Of a DNA stretch of 64,000 nt, positions 39,394 through 49,267 are shown one piece after another. Position 1 is the first letter of the stretch; every line of letters starts with the position of its first letter. Below the pieces are notes generated by a model. That model had not been told where the DNA came from. It searched no databases and worked only from the letters and a program-made list of their open reading frames with translations. The stretch comes from Desulfobacterales bacterium (GTDB lineage: Bacteria; Desulfobacterota; Desulfobacteria; Desulfobacterales; JAHDSC01), in the NCBI GenBank assembly GCA_040769985.1, contig JAXGJZ010000008.1:21394-85393 (forward strand), given 5' to 3'. Position numbers and translations under genes: made by a program.

Positions 39394-40152
39394 TCATTGA
39401 TTGGAAACGCCCGGGTCGGAATCCCGCGATCCGCCAAGGAGTTCCTTGAGTCTCAACGCGTTTTTCGGTGCATAGCCCATAAAATCGTTGTCAAAGTATA
39501 CAAAGGTATCCCGGTTCCACCTCCTGATCTTTTCCGCCCAGGTCTTCAGCTCCTCTTCCGTATATTCCGAGGCGTAAAGTTTTCTGGAACCGTGCAGCCG
39601 GATATAAATGAAATCCGATGTGACTGCTTCGCGGAAGGGATAACGCCCTGCGGTATCGGAGATACACCAGGCGATGTTATGTCGCTTGAAGGAGAGCAAA
39701 GCATTTTCCTGCAGCCAGCTCGAATGCCGAGCTTCGAAAGTGCATCGTTTATTTTCCGGAAGACAGCGGCAGAAATTCTCAAGTACGTCCTCGTCAAATA
39801 CCAGGCTCGGGGGAAGCTGGAAAAGAATGACGCCGAGCTTTTCCCCCAGCATCGTCAAGGGTTTCATGAATTTTTGCATCGGCTCCGAGGCATCTTTCAA
39901 TCGTTTGACATGCGTTATGAACCTGCTGGCTTTTACGGACCACGAAAACGTTTCGGGCGTTCTTTTCCGCCAATTATCGAAGGTTTCCGGCTTCATGGAA
40001 CGATAAAAGGTTGCATTGACTTCAACGGTTTTAAACTCCCCGGAATAAAACTCCAGCCATTTTGACCTGGGATATTTTTCCGGATAGAAAACACCCCTCC
40101 AATGATCGTAATTCCACCCGGAGGTTCCAACATATATTTTATTGTGAATCAT
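39394..40152 (-). CDS. DUF72-domain protein
   Basis: GTSGWNY, VEVNATFY, FQLPPS, YIRLHG and YFDND motifs. Confidence 0.92.
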   Translation of the reverse strand: MIHNKIYVGTSGWNYDHWRGVFYPEKYPRSKWLEFYSGEFKTVEVNATFYRSMKPETFDNWRKRTPETFSWSVKASRFITHVKRLKDASEPMQKFMKPLTMLGEKLGVILFQLPPSLVFDEDVLENFCRCLPENKRCTFEARHSSWLQENALLSFKRHNIAWCISDTAGRYPFREAVTSDFIYIRLHGSRKLYASEYTEEELKTWAEKIRRWNRDTFVYFDNDFMGYAPKNALRLKELLGGSRDSDPGVSNQ

Positions 40153-40249
40153 GCCGGTGTCTATTATCGACGATCGTCGGTTGGAAATCGGATTAAAATA
40201 CTTAAAAAAATCATCGGCAATACAATTTATGCGGTGAGCAATATTTGCA

Positions 40250-40271
40250 ATATATTTAATGAAAGTATATG
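40250..40271. promoter_or_regulatory. Candidate oxyanion-regulon operator, copy 1
   Basis: ATATAT-TTAATGAAA-GTATATG upstream of MoSto homolog 1. Confidence 0.4.
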
Positions 40272-40336
40272 GAAAGGCGTTTCAGGTGTCAAGCCGGTAA
40301 CCGCAAACGGTAAAGTCCGAACAACCCTTCAATAAC

Positions 40337-40365
40337 TTGACATCCATTCAATCTGATTTTATGAT
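40337..40365 (+). promoter_or_regulatory. Putative sigma70 promoter of MoSto homolog 1
   Basis: TTGACA-17 nt-TATGAT. Confidence 0.6.
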
Positions 40366-40413
40366 CGGCACCGGAAACAAAAATTTTTATAAACCATCGA
40401 TGAGAGAAAAAAT

Positions 40414-41295
40414 ATGACAAAGCTGATTAAAGAGGAGGGAGAAAGAGGCCGTCTTCATATCGATACGCCCCTGATGGGAGAGTCGCTGGTAAGCAAGGAA
40501 TTGTTGATCCGAACCGAGGCTAAAAAATATTTTCATATGCACCCGGATATCAATGTTTTGAAAATCGGGGGGCAGAGCATTATGGATCGCGGCGCAAAGG
40601 CTCTTTTTCCCATTCTGGATGCACTGGTTCAGGCAAAGGAGAAACATAAGATTCTAATAATGACCGGAGGCGGGACCCGGGCTCGCCATGTTTATAATAT
40701 CGGAGTGGATTTGGGCATGCCCACCGGCGTTCTTTCCAAATTGGGCGATAAGGTCTCCTGGCAGAATGCGGAAATGCTCTCTGTGCTTCTTGCCAAGTAC
40801 GGCGGGGTCAAAATCGGACACGGAGACAATCTCGAGCAGTTAACGATGTTCTGTCGGCTCGGGTATATCCCGATCACCTATGGTATCCCGCCCTACGGAT
40901 TCTTCGAACATCCTGCCGAACACGGATCGATTCCTCCGCACCGGACGGACTGCGGCGCCTTTCTGCTGGCGGAAAACATCGGAGCACGCCGCCTCATTTT
41001 TCTGAAAGACGAAAAAGGGCTCTATGATAAGGATCCTAAGAAATCGGGCCGGGCGGAGCAAAAAAATCTCAGGTTTTTTGATCGGATTTCCGCAACGCAG
41101 CTTCTTGAACTGGACCTTGACGATATGATCATCGAAAGACCCATTCTCTTGATGCTTCAGCGAGCCAAATGCCTCAAGGAATTCCAGATCGTCGACGCGC
41201 TCAATCATCCGGAGTATATTCTGCGGGCGCTCGAGGGAGAGCACGTTGGGACGATCATTTACAAGGATGAAATCGAGCCGCATACCGCCGGCTGA
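40414..41295 (+). CDS. Molybdenum storage protein (MoSto)-like, amino-acid-kinase fold, paralog 1
   Basis: KIGGQSIMDRG, TGGGTRARH, PPY, IPPHRTDCGAFLLA and ALEGEHVGTII match the MosA/MosB pattern rather than PyrH. Confidence 0.85.
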   Translation: MTKLIKEEGERGRLHIDTPLMGESLVSKELLIRTEAKKYFHMHPDINVLKIGGQSIMDRGAKALFPILDALVQAKEKHKILIMTGGGTRARHVYNIGVDLGMPTGVLSKLGDKVSWQNAEMLSVLLAKYGGVKIGHGDNLEQLTMFCRLGYIPITYGIPPYGFFEHPAEHGSIPPHRTDCGAFLLAENIGARRLIFLKDEKGLYDKDPKKSGRAEQKNLRFFDRISATQLLELDLDDMIIERPILLMLQRAKCLKEFQIVDALNHPEYILRALEGEHVGTIIYKDEIEPHTAG

Positions 41296-41307
41296 CAAAC
41301 GATCCGG

Positions 41308-41347
41308 CGAGACCTTTTAAAATACGGAACGATTTTAAAAGGTCTCG
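41308..41347. terminator. Inverted repeat between convergent genes
   Basis: CGAGACCTTTTAAAAT...ATTTTAAAAGGTCTCG, a perfect 16-bp stem. Confidence 0.65.
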
Positions 41348-41361
41348 TTTTAATCGGCGTC

Positions 41362-41562
41362 TTATTCCTTTTCCTCTTTACCGGCTTCGAGATAGACAAT
41401 TTCGGCTCCGGTAGCATTTGCGATTTGGTCCAGTTCCTTTTTGCGGAGATGATTTACATGAATTTTCACATCGCAGCCGCTGGTGCCGATAAAACGGAAA
41501 CGGGGCTTTTTTTCACCTTTTTCGATTTTTCGTCTTTCACGGACAAAAATTTTTCCGCTCAT
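41362..41562 (-). CDS. 66-aa unknown small protein, paralog A
   Basis: MSGKIFVRERRK...HLRKKELDQIA; AAAGGAGG SD; paralog of 43268-43480. Confidence 0.85.
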   Translation of the reverse strand: MSGKIFVRERRKIEKGEKKPRFRFIGTSGCDVKIHVNHLRKKELDQIANATGAEIVYLEAGKEEKE

Positions 41563-41617
41563 GGTTGCCTCCTTTTCGTATAGGGTTGATAATGTCCAAT
41601 GTTGGTTTCAGAATAAA

Positions 41618-41645
41618 TATATATCCTTTAAGAATATATGTCAAA
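41618..41645. promoter_or_regulatory. Candidate operator, copy 2, within a minus-strand sigma70 promoter
   Basis: TATATAT-CCTTTAAGA-ATATATGTCAAA; minus strand reads TTGACA-17 nt-TATATT. Confidence 0.55.
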
Positions 41646-42021
41646 CATGAAAATAAACAAAAACAGAAAAAAAAACGACCATCCGGGGTCGGCGAAACAG
41701 GAACGCTATATACAACCTTCGATTTTGATGGGGCTTTACCTGAATCCATCCTATGGTTATGAAATCATCCGCCATATTCAGAACTTCGGCTTTGTGAAAG
41801 GCGATGCTCCTCCCGGAATGATTTATCGCCACCTGAGGCAATTGGAAGAAGACGGGTTGGTACGCTCGGAATGGAAGACGGAAGGAACGGGTCCCGCGAA
41901 ACGGATGTATTGTATTACGGAAGAAGGAAATGAGGTCTTATCGGCCTGGATCGGGTACATGGAAAATCAGGCTGAAAAACTTCAAAATTTTATCGCCATG
42001 TACCGACGGCTGACAAAATAG
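41638..42021 (+). CDS. PadR-family transcriptional regulator
   Basis: SYGYEI, GMIYRHLRQLEEDGLV and PAKRMYCITEEG motifs. Confidence 0.92.
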   Translation: MSNMKINKNRKKNDHPGSAKQERYIQPSILMGLYLNPSYGYEIIRHIQNFGFVKGDAPPGMIYRHLRQLEEDGLVRSEWKTEGTGPAKRMYCITEEGNEVLSAWIGYMENQAEKLQNFIAMYRRLTK

Positions 42022-42036
42022 GCGCTTCATGTTTTC

Positions 42037-42084
42037 CTTTTGCGGGAATGACGTTTTCCCGAGGAATCGTCATTCCCGCAAAAG
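42037..42084. terminator. 17-bp inverted repeat (REP-like / bidirectional terminator)
   Basis: CTTTTGCGGGAATGACG...CGTCATTCCCGCAAAAG between the convergent padR and MoSto-2 genes. Confidence 0.6.
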
Positions 42085-42318
42085 TCTGCTTTTCAACGTT
42101 CAATTGCGGGTCGTTTTAATGTTCGTACTGCCGGGCATACTCCGCGTCATTGTACATTGCCTCGCCATATTTATCCTTAAGGAAGCCCGGAACACTTTTC
42201 GGCGGAGGATGATGTTTCGTTTCTTGACAGAACCGCGTCCTCAGCAAGTGGATCTCAGTGAAAACATCCGACCGGTCATGATGATTCACCGGAAAAATCT
42301 TGTGAGAAGTCGAATTTT

Positions 42319-43149
42319 CTACTGCTTGTAAATCATCGTCCCCACATGTTCGCCATTGAGAGCCCGGGTGATATTGCCCGGCTCCATCCCGTTGATGATC
42401 TGTACCTTTTCGATCACCTCGCTGTTCTGGATGATTTCCAGGCATGGGCGTTCGATAATGAGGTCATCCAGATTTCTTTCCATTAGATCCCTGGCACCTG
42501 TTTCCCGAATAAACTCAGCGTCAGGATTCTTTTTGGGATTATCGGTATAAAGGCCCTTTTCATCCTTGACAAACACAATGGTCCGACTGCCGATCAGGTC
42601 CGCCAGCAGTACCAGTCCCACATCCGTTCGATGAAGCGGAATCCGGCCCCTGGCGGGTCGAATGGCGAAATAATCGTATGGAGGCATTCCGTGCGTCACC
42701 GGAATAATGCCCTGGAGAAAATAAGTCGGCAGCTTGACAATGTCGTCATGTCCGATCTTTATCCCCCCCCATGGCGATAAAAGGGTTGCGATCATCAGGG
42801 AATTTTGTTCGGAAATGGCGCTACCGAACTTGGCGATAATTCCGGTAGGCATGCCGAGTTCCAGCCCGATGGCGTAAATATGCCGACTTCGGGTGCCGCC
42901 TCCTGCCACGATGAGCATTTTGTGCGTTTCCCGATTCGCGGCGATTTCCTTGATAATTCCGGGAAGTGCCTTGATCCCGCGATCGCAGATGGATTGACCG
43001 CCGATCTTTACCAGGCATACGTCCGGGAAAAGTCTTTTCTGGGGGGATATTTCAAGACCTTCAATAAACGATTGGCTTACAAGACTTTCTCCCATCAGCC
43101 TGCTTTTGACATGCAACCGCTTTCCGTCTTTCTCGCGAACCAGTGACAT
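42319..43149 (-). CDS. Molybdenum storage protein (MoSto)-like, paralog 2
   Basis: KIGGQSICDRG, GGGTRSRH, GMPPY, RIPLHRTD, VKDEKGLYTDNPK and RALNGEHVGT motifs. Confidence 0.85.
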   Translation of the reverse strand: MSLVREKDGKRLHVKSRLMGESLVSQSFIEGLEISPQKRLFPDVCLVKIGGQSICDRGIKALPGIIKEIAANRETHKMLIVAGGGTRSRHIYAIGLELGMPTGIIAKFGSAISEQNSLMIATLLSPWGGIKIGHDDIVKLPTYFLQGIIPVTHGMPPYDYFAIRPARGRIPLHRTDVGLVLLADLIGSRTIVFVKDEKGLYTDNPKKNPDAEFIRETGARDLMERNLDDLIIERPCLEIIQNSEVIEKVQIINGMEPGNITRALNGEHVGTMIYKQ

Positions 43150-43267
43150 TTAACAGCCTCCCTTATTTTGGATGGAACAAACTTTGGTACTCACCTAATT
43201 TCTTGACACTCCGGGTGGCCTTCCCGTGAATAGAAATGAACGGCAAAGGCACCCGGGTTGAAAATCA

Positions 43268-43480
43268 TCAACCTTCTTCCTCACCGCCATGTTTCGCGCC
43301 CCGTCGAAGTTGAATCAGCTCGGCATCCAGTTCTTCCGCCATGTGCTCCAATTCGCTTTTTCGAAAATGCTCCGCATAAACCTTCAGGTTTAGGTCAGAC
43401 ACGGCGACGACTCGATAACTCGGTTTTCTCTCCCCTTCTTTCGCTCTCAGCCTTTCCCGATAAAAAATTTTTCCGGACAT
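43268..43480 (-). CDS. 70-aa unknown small protein, paralog B
   Basis: MSGKIFYRERLR...HFRKSELEHMA; AAAGGAGG SD; start reset to 43480. Confidence 0.85.
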   Translation of the reverse strand: MSGKIFYRERLRAKEGERKPSYRVVAVSDLNLKVYAEHFRKSELEHMAEELDAELIQLRRGAKHGGEEEG

Positions 43481-43659
43481 AATCCAATCCTCCTTTCTGC
43501 CTGAAAGTCGTTCATGAAAATAAAGGCCTGGCCCAAATCTGAACGGTGCCAGGGTGTTTTTCAATGGATCGTTGTAAATCGAAAACGACGGAAATGCATG
43601 AGAATGAAGAACTTAAAGATTTTTATGGCTTGAAACCGGTACGATTCATCAAGGCCGAA

Positions 43660-44685
43660 TCAGCCGGGCATGGTTTCGCTTCCAATGATTTCAACCCCAT
43701 AGTCGGAGCATTTCACGGTGACGTTCTGCCCGATGCCGGTCCCGAAGAGATCGAACTCTTTTTTCTTCATAAAAACACTGAGTGGAATTCCGATATTTAC
43801 CAATATCCGGATCCATCCCTTCTCTTCCGATAGCTGGGAGATCCGTCCATCATAAAAGACAGAGGATGCATCGTTTTTTGGGGAACTTGCAAATTTGATG
43901 GATTTGGGATGGATCGAAATTTTTATGAAACCCGTCTGGTCCGTTTTGACGGGAATCAGAACCTTGTCATCAATTGCGCAGTAGCTTCTGCCACCCTTCA
44001 TAATGACTTTCCCGCCGAAAATGTTCTCGTAGATGGAAGAAGTGGGCCGTCCTTCGAAAAGAAACAAGGTTTCTTCGGCCAGTTTGGATGCCTGAAGCAT
44101 GTTATGAGTACAAACGATAACCGAGATTTTTCTTTCCCGGTGAATGCTTTGAATGATATTTTCAATGGCAATTTGATTTTCCACATCCACGCTGGCGGTG
44201 GGCTCGTCGAAGAGAATCACTTTGGGCCGACAGGCCAGCGCTCTGGCAATCGCCACCCGCTGGGTTTCACCTCCGGAAAGGTGAGCGGCGGCCGCCCATT
44301 CAAAATCGCGCATTCCGACTAGATCCAGCGATTCCTCGGTGATGCGTCTTCTGTCTTTTTTGGCAATATCTCGCATCTTCAGGCCGAATTCGACGTTCTT
44401 GTGCACCGAAGTGCTGAAAAGAATCGGGTGCTGGTCCACCAGAACGACCTCCTTGCGTAATTGCTGAAGCGCCTTTTCCAGAAACTGGACCGGCTTGTCG
44501 TTGTAAAAAATGGTGCCGGTTGAGGGGGGCAAAATAAAACTCAAAATATGGAGCAACGTTGTCTTGCCCGAACCGTTTGGACCGAGGAGTGCATATATTT
44601 TTTCTTTTTCAATGGAAAGTTCCGGAATATCCAGAACGGTTCGGCCGTTGTATGTCTTTTTAAGATTTCTGGCGGAATACAGCAT
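43660..44685 (-). CDS. tupC: Tungstate ABC transporter ATP-binding subunit
   Basis: GPNGSGKT, LSGGE, DEPTAS and a C-terminal TOBE-like region; coupled to tupB. Confidence 0.85.
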   Translation of the reverse strand: MLYSARNLKKTYNGRTVLDIPELSIEKEKIYALLGPNGSGKTTLLHILSFILPPSTGTIFYNDKPVQFLEKALQQLRKEVVLVDQHPILFSTSVHKNVEFGLKMRDIAKKDRRRITEESLDLVGMRDFEWAAAAHLSGGETQRVAIARALACRPKVILFDEPTASVDVENQIAIENIIQSIHRERKISVIVCTHNMLQASKLAEETLFLFEGRPTSSIYENIFGGKVIMKGGRSYCAIDDKVLIPVKTDQTGFIKISIHPKSIKFASSPKNDASSVFYDGRISQLSEEKGWIRILVNIGIPLSVFMKKKEFDLFGTGIGQNVTVKCSDYGVEIIGSETMPG

Positions 44686-45380
44686 TAAACCGCCGTCCTT
44701 CCCTGAAAGTAATTTAAAAGTATATTCATTACCAGGCTGATGCTCATCAGGATGATCCCCAGGGCCACGGCCAAAACAAATTCCCCCTTGTCGTATTCGA
44801 GGGCCATCGCGGTGGTCATGGTGCGGGTAAACCCCTTGGCATTGCCGCCGAGCATCATGCTGATTCCCACTTCCGATATGACCCGCCCGAACGCAGCCAC
44901 CACGGATGCGACGATCCCGAAGCGGGCCTCTCTCAAAATCACCATCGCCGTTTGGATCCGGTCGGCCCCGAGCGTCATCGCCGTCCGTCGATACCGGGTA
45001 TCGATTCGGCTGATCGCCGTGATGGTAAAAGTGGTTACCACCGGCACAATCAGTATCACCTGACCGATAATCATGGCCTTTTGCGTATAGAGAAGGTCAA
45101 ATACTCCGAATATCCCTCTTCTGGAAATGAACATATAGACAAAAAGACCAATGACCACTGTCGGGAGCGCCAGAAGCGTATTCAGCAACGTGATTACCGC
45201 TCTTTTTCCCGCAAATTCGGTGACGGCGACGACAAAGCCGAACGGAATTCCGACGGCACCCGCAATCAGGGTCGATAACAAACTTACCTTGAGTGAAACA
45301 TAAACAATATTCAGGAGGGCGGGATCCACCGTCCTTATAAGAATCAGCGAGGATAAAAAGCTGTCGACAAAAAAATCCAT
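44685..45380 (-). CDS. tupB: Tungstate ABC transporter permease
   Basis: ALPTVVIGL, FGRVISEVG..MMLGGN and TRTMTTAMALE motifs. Confidence 0.9.
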   Translation of the reverse strand: MDFFVDSFLSSLILIRTVDPALLNIVYVSLKVSLLSTLIAGAVGIPFGFVVAVTEFAGKRAVITLLNTLLALPTVVIGLFVYMFISRRGIFGVFDLLYTQKAMIIGQVILIVPVVTTFTITAISRIDTRYRRTAMTLGADRIQTAMVILREARFGIVASVVAAFGRVISEVGISMMLGGNAKGFTRTMTTAMALEYDKGEFVLAVALGIILMSISLVMNILLNYFQGRTAV

Positions 45381-45540
45381 TGATGACCGGAGTATCAGAA
45401 ATTATTTTGATTACGGAAAACGAACGGGTAGCGGAAGGTTCGGTGGAAAGTACTCTTCCGGCTTCTTGCTGCCGATCGTCCGGTACCCGCCATTTTTTTG
45501 CCCCTCTCTTTTTGAGACCGGGGCGTTTTCCGAAAATCGC

Positions 45541-46446
45541 CTATTTTATACCGGGTATCGCATCCGGAAAAAAGAGCGTTTGGCCCAAAACCTGATAATT
45601 CTTAATCACGGATTGACCCCTCGGAGAAATCAGCCACTGGGCGAATTGTTCCGCCAGATCATACCGTACATGGGGAAACTTTTTGGGATTCACCGGAATG
45701 ACACCATAGGGATTGGCCAGTCTCGAATCGCCTTCGCAAAAAATTTCCAGATCCAGTGGAACCGCGCGACCCAGTTTGTAGTTAACGTAGGTTCCACGAT
45801 CCGCAAGCGTGTATGCCTGTTTTTCATCGGCAAACGTCAGGGTCTTGCCCATTCCCTGGCCGATTGACACATACCATCGGCCGGAATCCTGCGGGCTGAA
45901 GAAGGAGACCTTCAGTTCTTTCCCTTCCAGAACAATGGTTCGGGTTTCCTTGTTCATCGGGATACCGGTGGTTTCCCACAATTCCTGTTCCTTGGTATGC
46001 GTTCCGCTGTCATCGCCCCGGGAGATAAACGTCGAACCGGAAAGGGCGATTTTCTTCAGAGCCTCCGCCGCGTCCGTCATTCCCTTGATCCCCGCCGGAT
46101 CTTCTTTCGGACCCACAACGATAAAATCATTATGCATGACCGCATACCTTTTGGTTCCATAACCTTTCTCCACAAACTCTTTTTCCCGCTCCAGGGCATG
46201 AACGAATATCACATCCACATTGCCGTCCATGCCGTCACGGATGGCAGCTCCCGTTCCCTTGGCAAGGACTTTGACTTCAATCCCGGTATCCTTTTTCAGT
46301 TCCGGCAGGAGAATATCCAGCAATCCGGAAGCAAGGGTGCTTGTTGTGGTTGACATTTTTATAACCTTGTCTGCCGCAAATCCTCCCGAAGTGATGCCGA
46401 ACATCAAACATCCTAAAATCACCAGTCCAATGCAAAATTTTTTCAT
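45541..46446 (-). CDS. tupA: Tungstate-binding protein TupA
   Basis: TTTS motif, GTGAA, SRGDDSGT, GQGMG and DRGT; signal peptide from MKKF at 46446. Confidence 0.92.
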   Translation of the reverse strand: MKKFCIGLVILGCLMFGITSGGFAADKVIKMSTTTSTLASGLLDILLPELKKDTGIEVKVLAKGTGAAIRDGMDGNVDVIFVHALEREKEFVEKGYGTKRYAVMHNDFIVVGPKEDPAGIKGMTDAAEALKKIALSGSTFISRGDDSGTHTKEQELWETTGIPMNKETRTIVLEGKELKVSFFSPQDSGRWYVSIGQGMGKTLTFADEKQAYTLADRGTYVNYKLGRAVPLDLEIFCEGDSRLANPYGVIPVNPKKFPHVRYDLAEQFAQWLISPRGQSVIKNYQVLGQTLFFPDAIPGIK

Positions 46447-46587
46447 CTTAGCCTCCTTTCTCAGGTTCAAAAAAGTTGAAGTAAGTCGGAAAATGAACGA
46501 ATTTTTTCTAAAAGTCATCAAAAGCGCCGATACAGAAAATTTGGCAGCCGACTTTTTGTAGATTCGGGATTTATCGGGAACGGAATT

Positions 46588-47316
46588 TTATAAATTTTGT
46601 TGCCGATGCTTTTTTTGCGCGATATTTTCCCAACTCTCCTCCCCATTGGAACGAACCATCAGGATCGCCTGATGACCCAAAAGCCTCGGACGTATCCAGC
46701 CTTTGGTCAAAACGAAATCATCCGGCCGGGGAACCCGTGCATCCCGATCGATAGAGACCACCTGGATATTTTTTTCCTCAAGCGCCGATACCGAAATCCG
46801 ATCCGGAAAATTCCGCAACCTTCCGAACTCGATAAATCGCCCGCAACGTCCGGAAGCAGTGAGTCCGACGGCGGCGGCGGCACCGATGACCCCGTCATTT
46901 GTCCCGCCATGACCGGAAAGATGCACATTCGATGCAACCCGGACCGCCTCTTTCTGCGTTACGATTCTCCGGGTGCAGGCAAGGCCGAAGTCGACAAGAG
47001 CCGGCAGGGAATCATCGTCTTCACATGCCGCACAGATCCCGGGATCGCTTCCGGGCAGAAAATAACGTTCCACATGCTCGACCGCTTTTTTTACGAGTAC
47101 ATCGAGGAACGTGGAATCGGGGGCATCTACAATGACACATGCCGAGCTGTTGTGCGACGTATAAGGGATTGCCGCATCGACCAGAAGCTGCTGACGCACC
47201 ACGCCTTTCATTCGGCAATCATCGGGCAGTTGCTGCTCGAACCAGCGGGCCAATTTACCGGTCCCGCGATCCGAGTCCCGGGTATCCGTATCGTCAAAAC
47301 CGACATAAATAAACAT
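46588..47316 (-). CDS. Short TiaS (DUF1743)-like protein, 242 aa
   Basis: VGFDDTD, IPYTSHNSS, SDPG and GVIGAAAAVG resemble the TiaS N-terminal core; too short to carry the OB/Zn-ribbon tRNA-binding domains. Confidence 0.7.
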   Translation of the reverse strand: MFIYVGFDDTDTRDSDRGTGKLARWFEQQLPDDCRMKGVVRQQLLVDAAIPYTSHNSSACVIVDAPDSTFLDVLVKKAVEHVERYFLPGSDPGICAACEDDDSLPALVDFGLACTRRIVTQKEAVRVASNVHLSGHGGTNDGVIGAAAAVGLTASGRCGRFIEFGRLRNFPDRISVSALEEKNIQVVSIDRDARVPRPDDFVLTKGWIRPRLLGHQAILMVRSNGEESWENIAQKKHRQQNL

Positions 47317-47412
47317 TCCATACTCCTGATAAAATAGATTCAAAAAAAATATGGTAACGATAAAATTTTTAGACCTCTTTTTTGATCGACACGGTCGATG
47401 GTGGAAAACCAT

Positions 47413-48450
47413 TTAAAACGCGTGGACCACCGAGGTGTCAAATGCCGCATAAACTCTGCTTTTTTCGGTAAGACTCATTCGAAACAGCGAGCTGGATGAA
47501 ATGATTGCCCGGAGTTCGATACCGGCCGATTCTATGATGACATCGCTGTAAAAACCCTGGTTTAAAATTTTTGATACCGTTGCCTCGATACAATTGGGCG
47601 TGCCCGGAGGAAATTTATCCCCGCGGATGTGGATGTCTTCCGGCCGTATGGCGATGTATTTTTTCGGTCCGCTTTCCTCGCATCCCAACTCGATCCGCAA
47701 ATTCGCTACATAGGCCTTACGGCCTTCAAATATCGCGGGAAAAACATTTTTCATCCCGACGAACTTCGCAACAAACGGGGTGGCGGGCTGGTGAAATACT
47801 TCGGTAACGGTTCCAACCTGCTCTAACCGGCCTTTGTTGATGACCGCGCTTCGCTGTCCCAGGTATTGAGCTTCCGAAAAGTCGTGGGTTACCATCAAAA
47901 CGGTGATACCCGTGTCGGCGTGAAGCATTTTAAGTATTTCCCTGATCTCTTCCCGAAAATTCGGATCCAGGGCGGACAAGGGTTCGTCGAGCAAAAGCAC
48001 GGAAGGATCCACCGCAAGCGCGCGGGCCAGCGCCACGCGCTGCATTTCTCCGCCGCTCAGGTTTAAAATCGATCTTCCCAAAATGCGGCGCAGAGAAAAT
48101 CGATCCACGATAAAATCTAAATTCTTTCCCGTCTTTTTCCCGTCTTTCTTATGATAGCGCAATCCGTAAACAATGTTCTCGTAAACCGTTAAATGAGGAA
48201 ACAGCGCGTAATCCTGATAAACAATGCCGATCCCGCGCTTCTCGGGAGGAAGCCGTGTAACATCCCGGCTGTTTATCCATATCCGCCCTTCCGATACCGG
48301 AACCAATCCGATCACCGCTTCCAGTACGACCGTCTTTCCAGCTCCGGTCGGACCGAGCAACGTAAAAAATTCTCCGGTCTGAATCCTGAGATCAATTTTA
48401 TGGAGAGAAAAATCGGGAAGCCGGACGCAAAGGTTTTCTATTCGAATCAT
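47413..48450 (-). CDS. wtpC: Molybdate/tungstate ABC ATP-binding subunit
   Basis: GPTGAGKT, QDYALFPH, LSGGE and DEPLSALD motifs plus a TOBE-like tail. Confidence 0.85.
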   Translation of the reverse strand: MIRIENLCVRLPDFSLHKIDLRIQTGEFFTLLGPTGAGKTVVLEAVIGLVPVSEGRIWINSRDVTRLPPEKRGIGIVYQDYALFPHLTVYENIVYGLRYHKKDGKKTGKNLDFIVDRFSLRRILGRSILNLSGGEMQRVALARALAVDPSVLLLDEPLSALDPNFREEIREILKMLHADTGITVLMVTHDFSEAQYLGQRSAVINKGRLEQVGTVTEVFHQPATPFVAKFVGMKNVFPAIFEGRKAYVANLRIELGCEESGPKKYIAIRPEDIHIRGDKFPPGTPNCIEATVSKILNQGFYSDVIIESAGIELRAIISSSSLFRMSLTEKSRVYAAFDTSVVHAF

Positions 48451-49253
48451 GTCATCTTTTTCTTATGAATCGAAAAAACTCGGAGAAGCAGAAAAAGAAA
48501 AAGGCAAACAATAATCAGCCACACGGCCACGGGCTGTGAATATCGGAGCCCGTAGGCCGTGAAACGCTGGTATATCATGACCGGAGCAATCATCGGATGA
48601 TATGCGACAATGACAATCGCTCCGAACTCGCTGATGGCCCGGGCCGTGCACATGATCATGCCGACCACCATGCTCCGCCATGCCAGGGGAAATGTCACTC
48701 GAAAAAAGGTGCCGATCGCCGAAGCTCCCAGGCTACGGGAGATATTTTCAAGCCGAACGGGTATAGCTTCAAATCCCGTCTTGACATTATTCACGTAAAA
48801 GGGAAGCCCCACAAATGTCAGAACCACAATGATACCCGTTACACTTCCCATTATCCGGATCCCCAGGGAACTCATTATCTCGCCCAGCCAGTGATTTTTC
48901 CCGGCGATGCTCAAAATGGCGATTCCGATCACCGGATGGGGAATCATGATCGGGAGATCCACGATACTTTCTATGAATTTCTTCCCGGCAAATTCCTTCC
49001 GGGCAAGAAGATATGCAAACGGGGTCCCGAACAAAAATGATATCAGCGCGGCCGACACCGAGGTGTAGATGCTGAGACGGATGGACTGGATTACATCCTT
49101 GTCCCGAATCGTTTCCCTGAGATCCGCGAGGCTTGACTGAAACACCATTTCGAACAAGGGAAGCAGAATAAAGGCAATAATGATCATGCTGCTTGAAACG
49201 GTCAGCCATATCAGCGGATCAAGGGCCTGGTTTCTCCAGTTGGGTAATTTCAT
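48447..49253 (-). CDS. wtpB: Molybdate/tungstate ABC permease
   Basis: DLPIMIPHPVIGI, ARAISEFGAIVIVAYHP motifs. Confidence 0.88.
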   Translation of the reverse strand: MKLPNWRNQALDPLIWLTVSSSMIIIAFILLPLFEMVFQSSLADLRETIRDKDVIQSIRLSIYTSVSAALISFLFGTPFAYLLARKEFAGKKFIESIVDLPIMIPHPVIGIAILSIAGKNHWLGEIMSSLGIRIMGSVTGIIVVLTFVGLPFYVNNVKTGFEAIPVRLENISRSLGASAIGTFFRVTFPLAWRSMVVGMIMCTARAISEFGAIVIVAYHPMIAPVMIYQRFTAYGLRYSQPVAVWLIIVCLFLFLLLRVFSIHKKKMT

Positions 49254-49267
49254 GTATTCGAAAGGTC

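Noticed and set aside
42085..42318. Possible ORF between padR and MoSto-2
   Set aside because: Candidate frames overlap neighbours and lack an SD or recognisable motifs.
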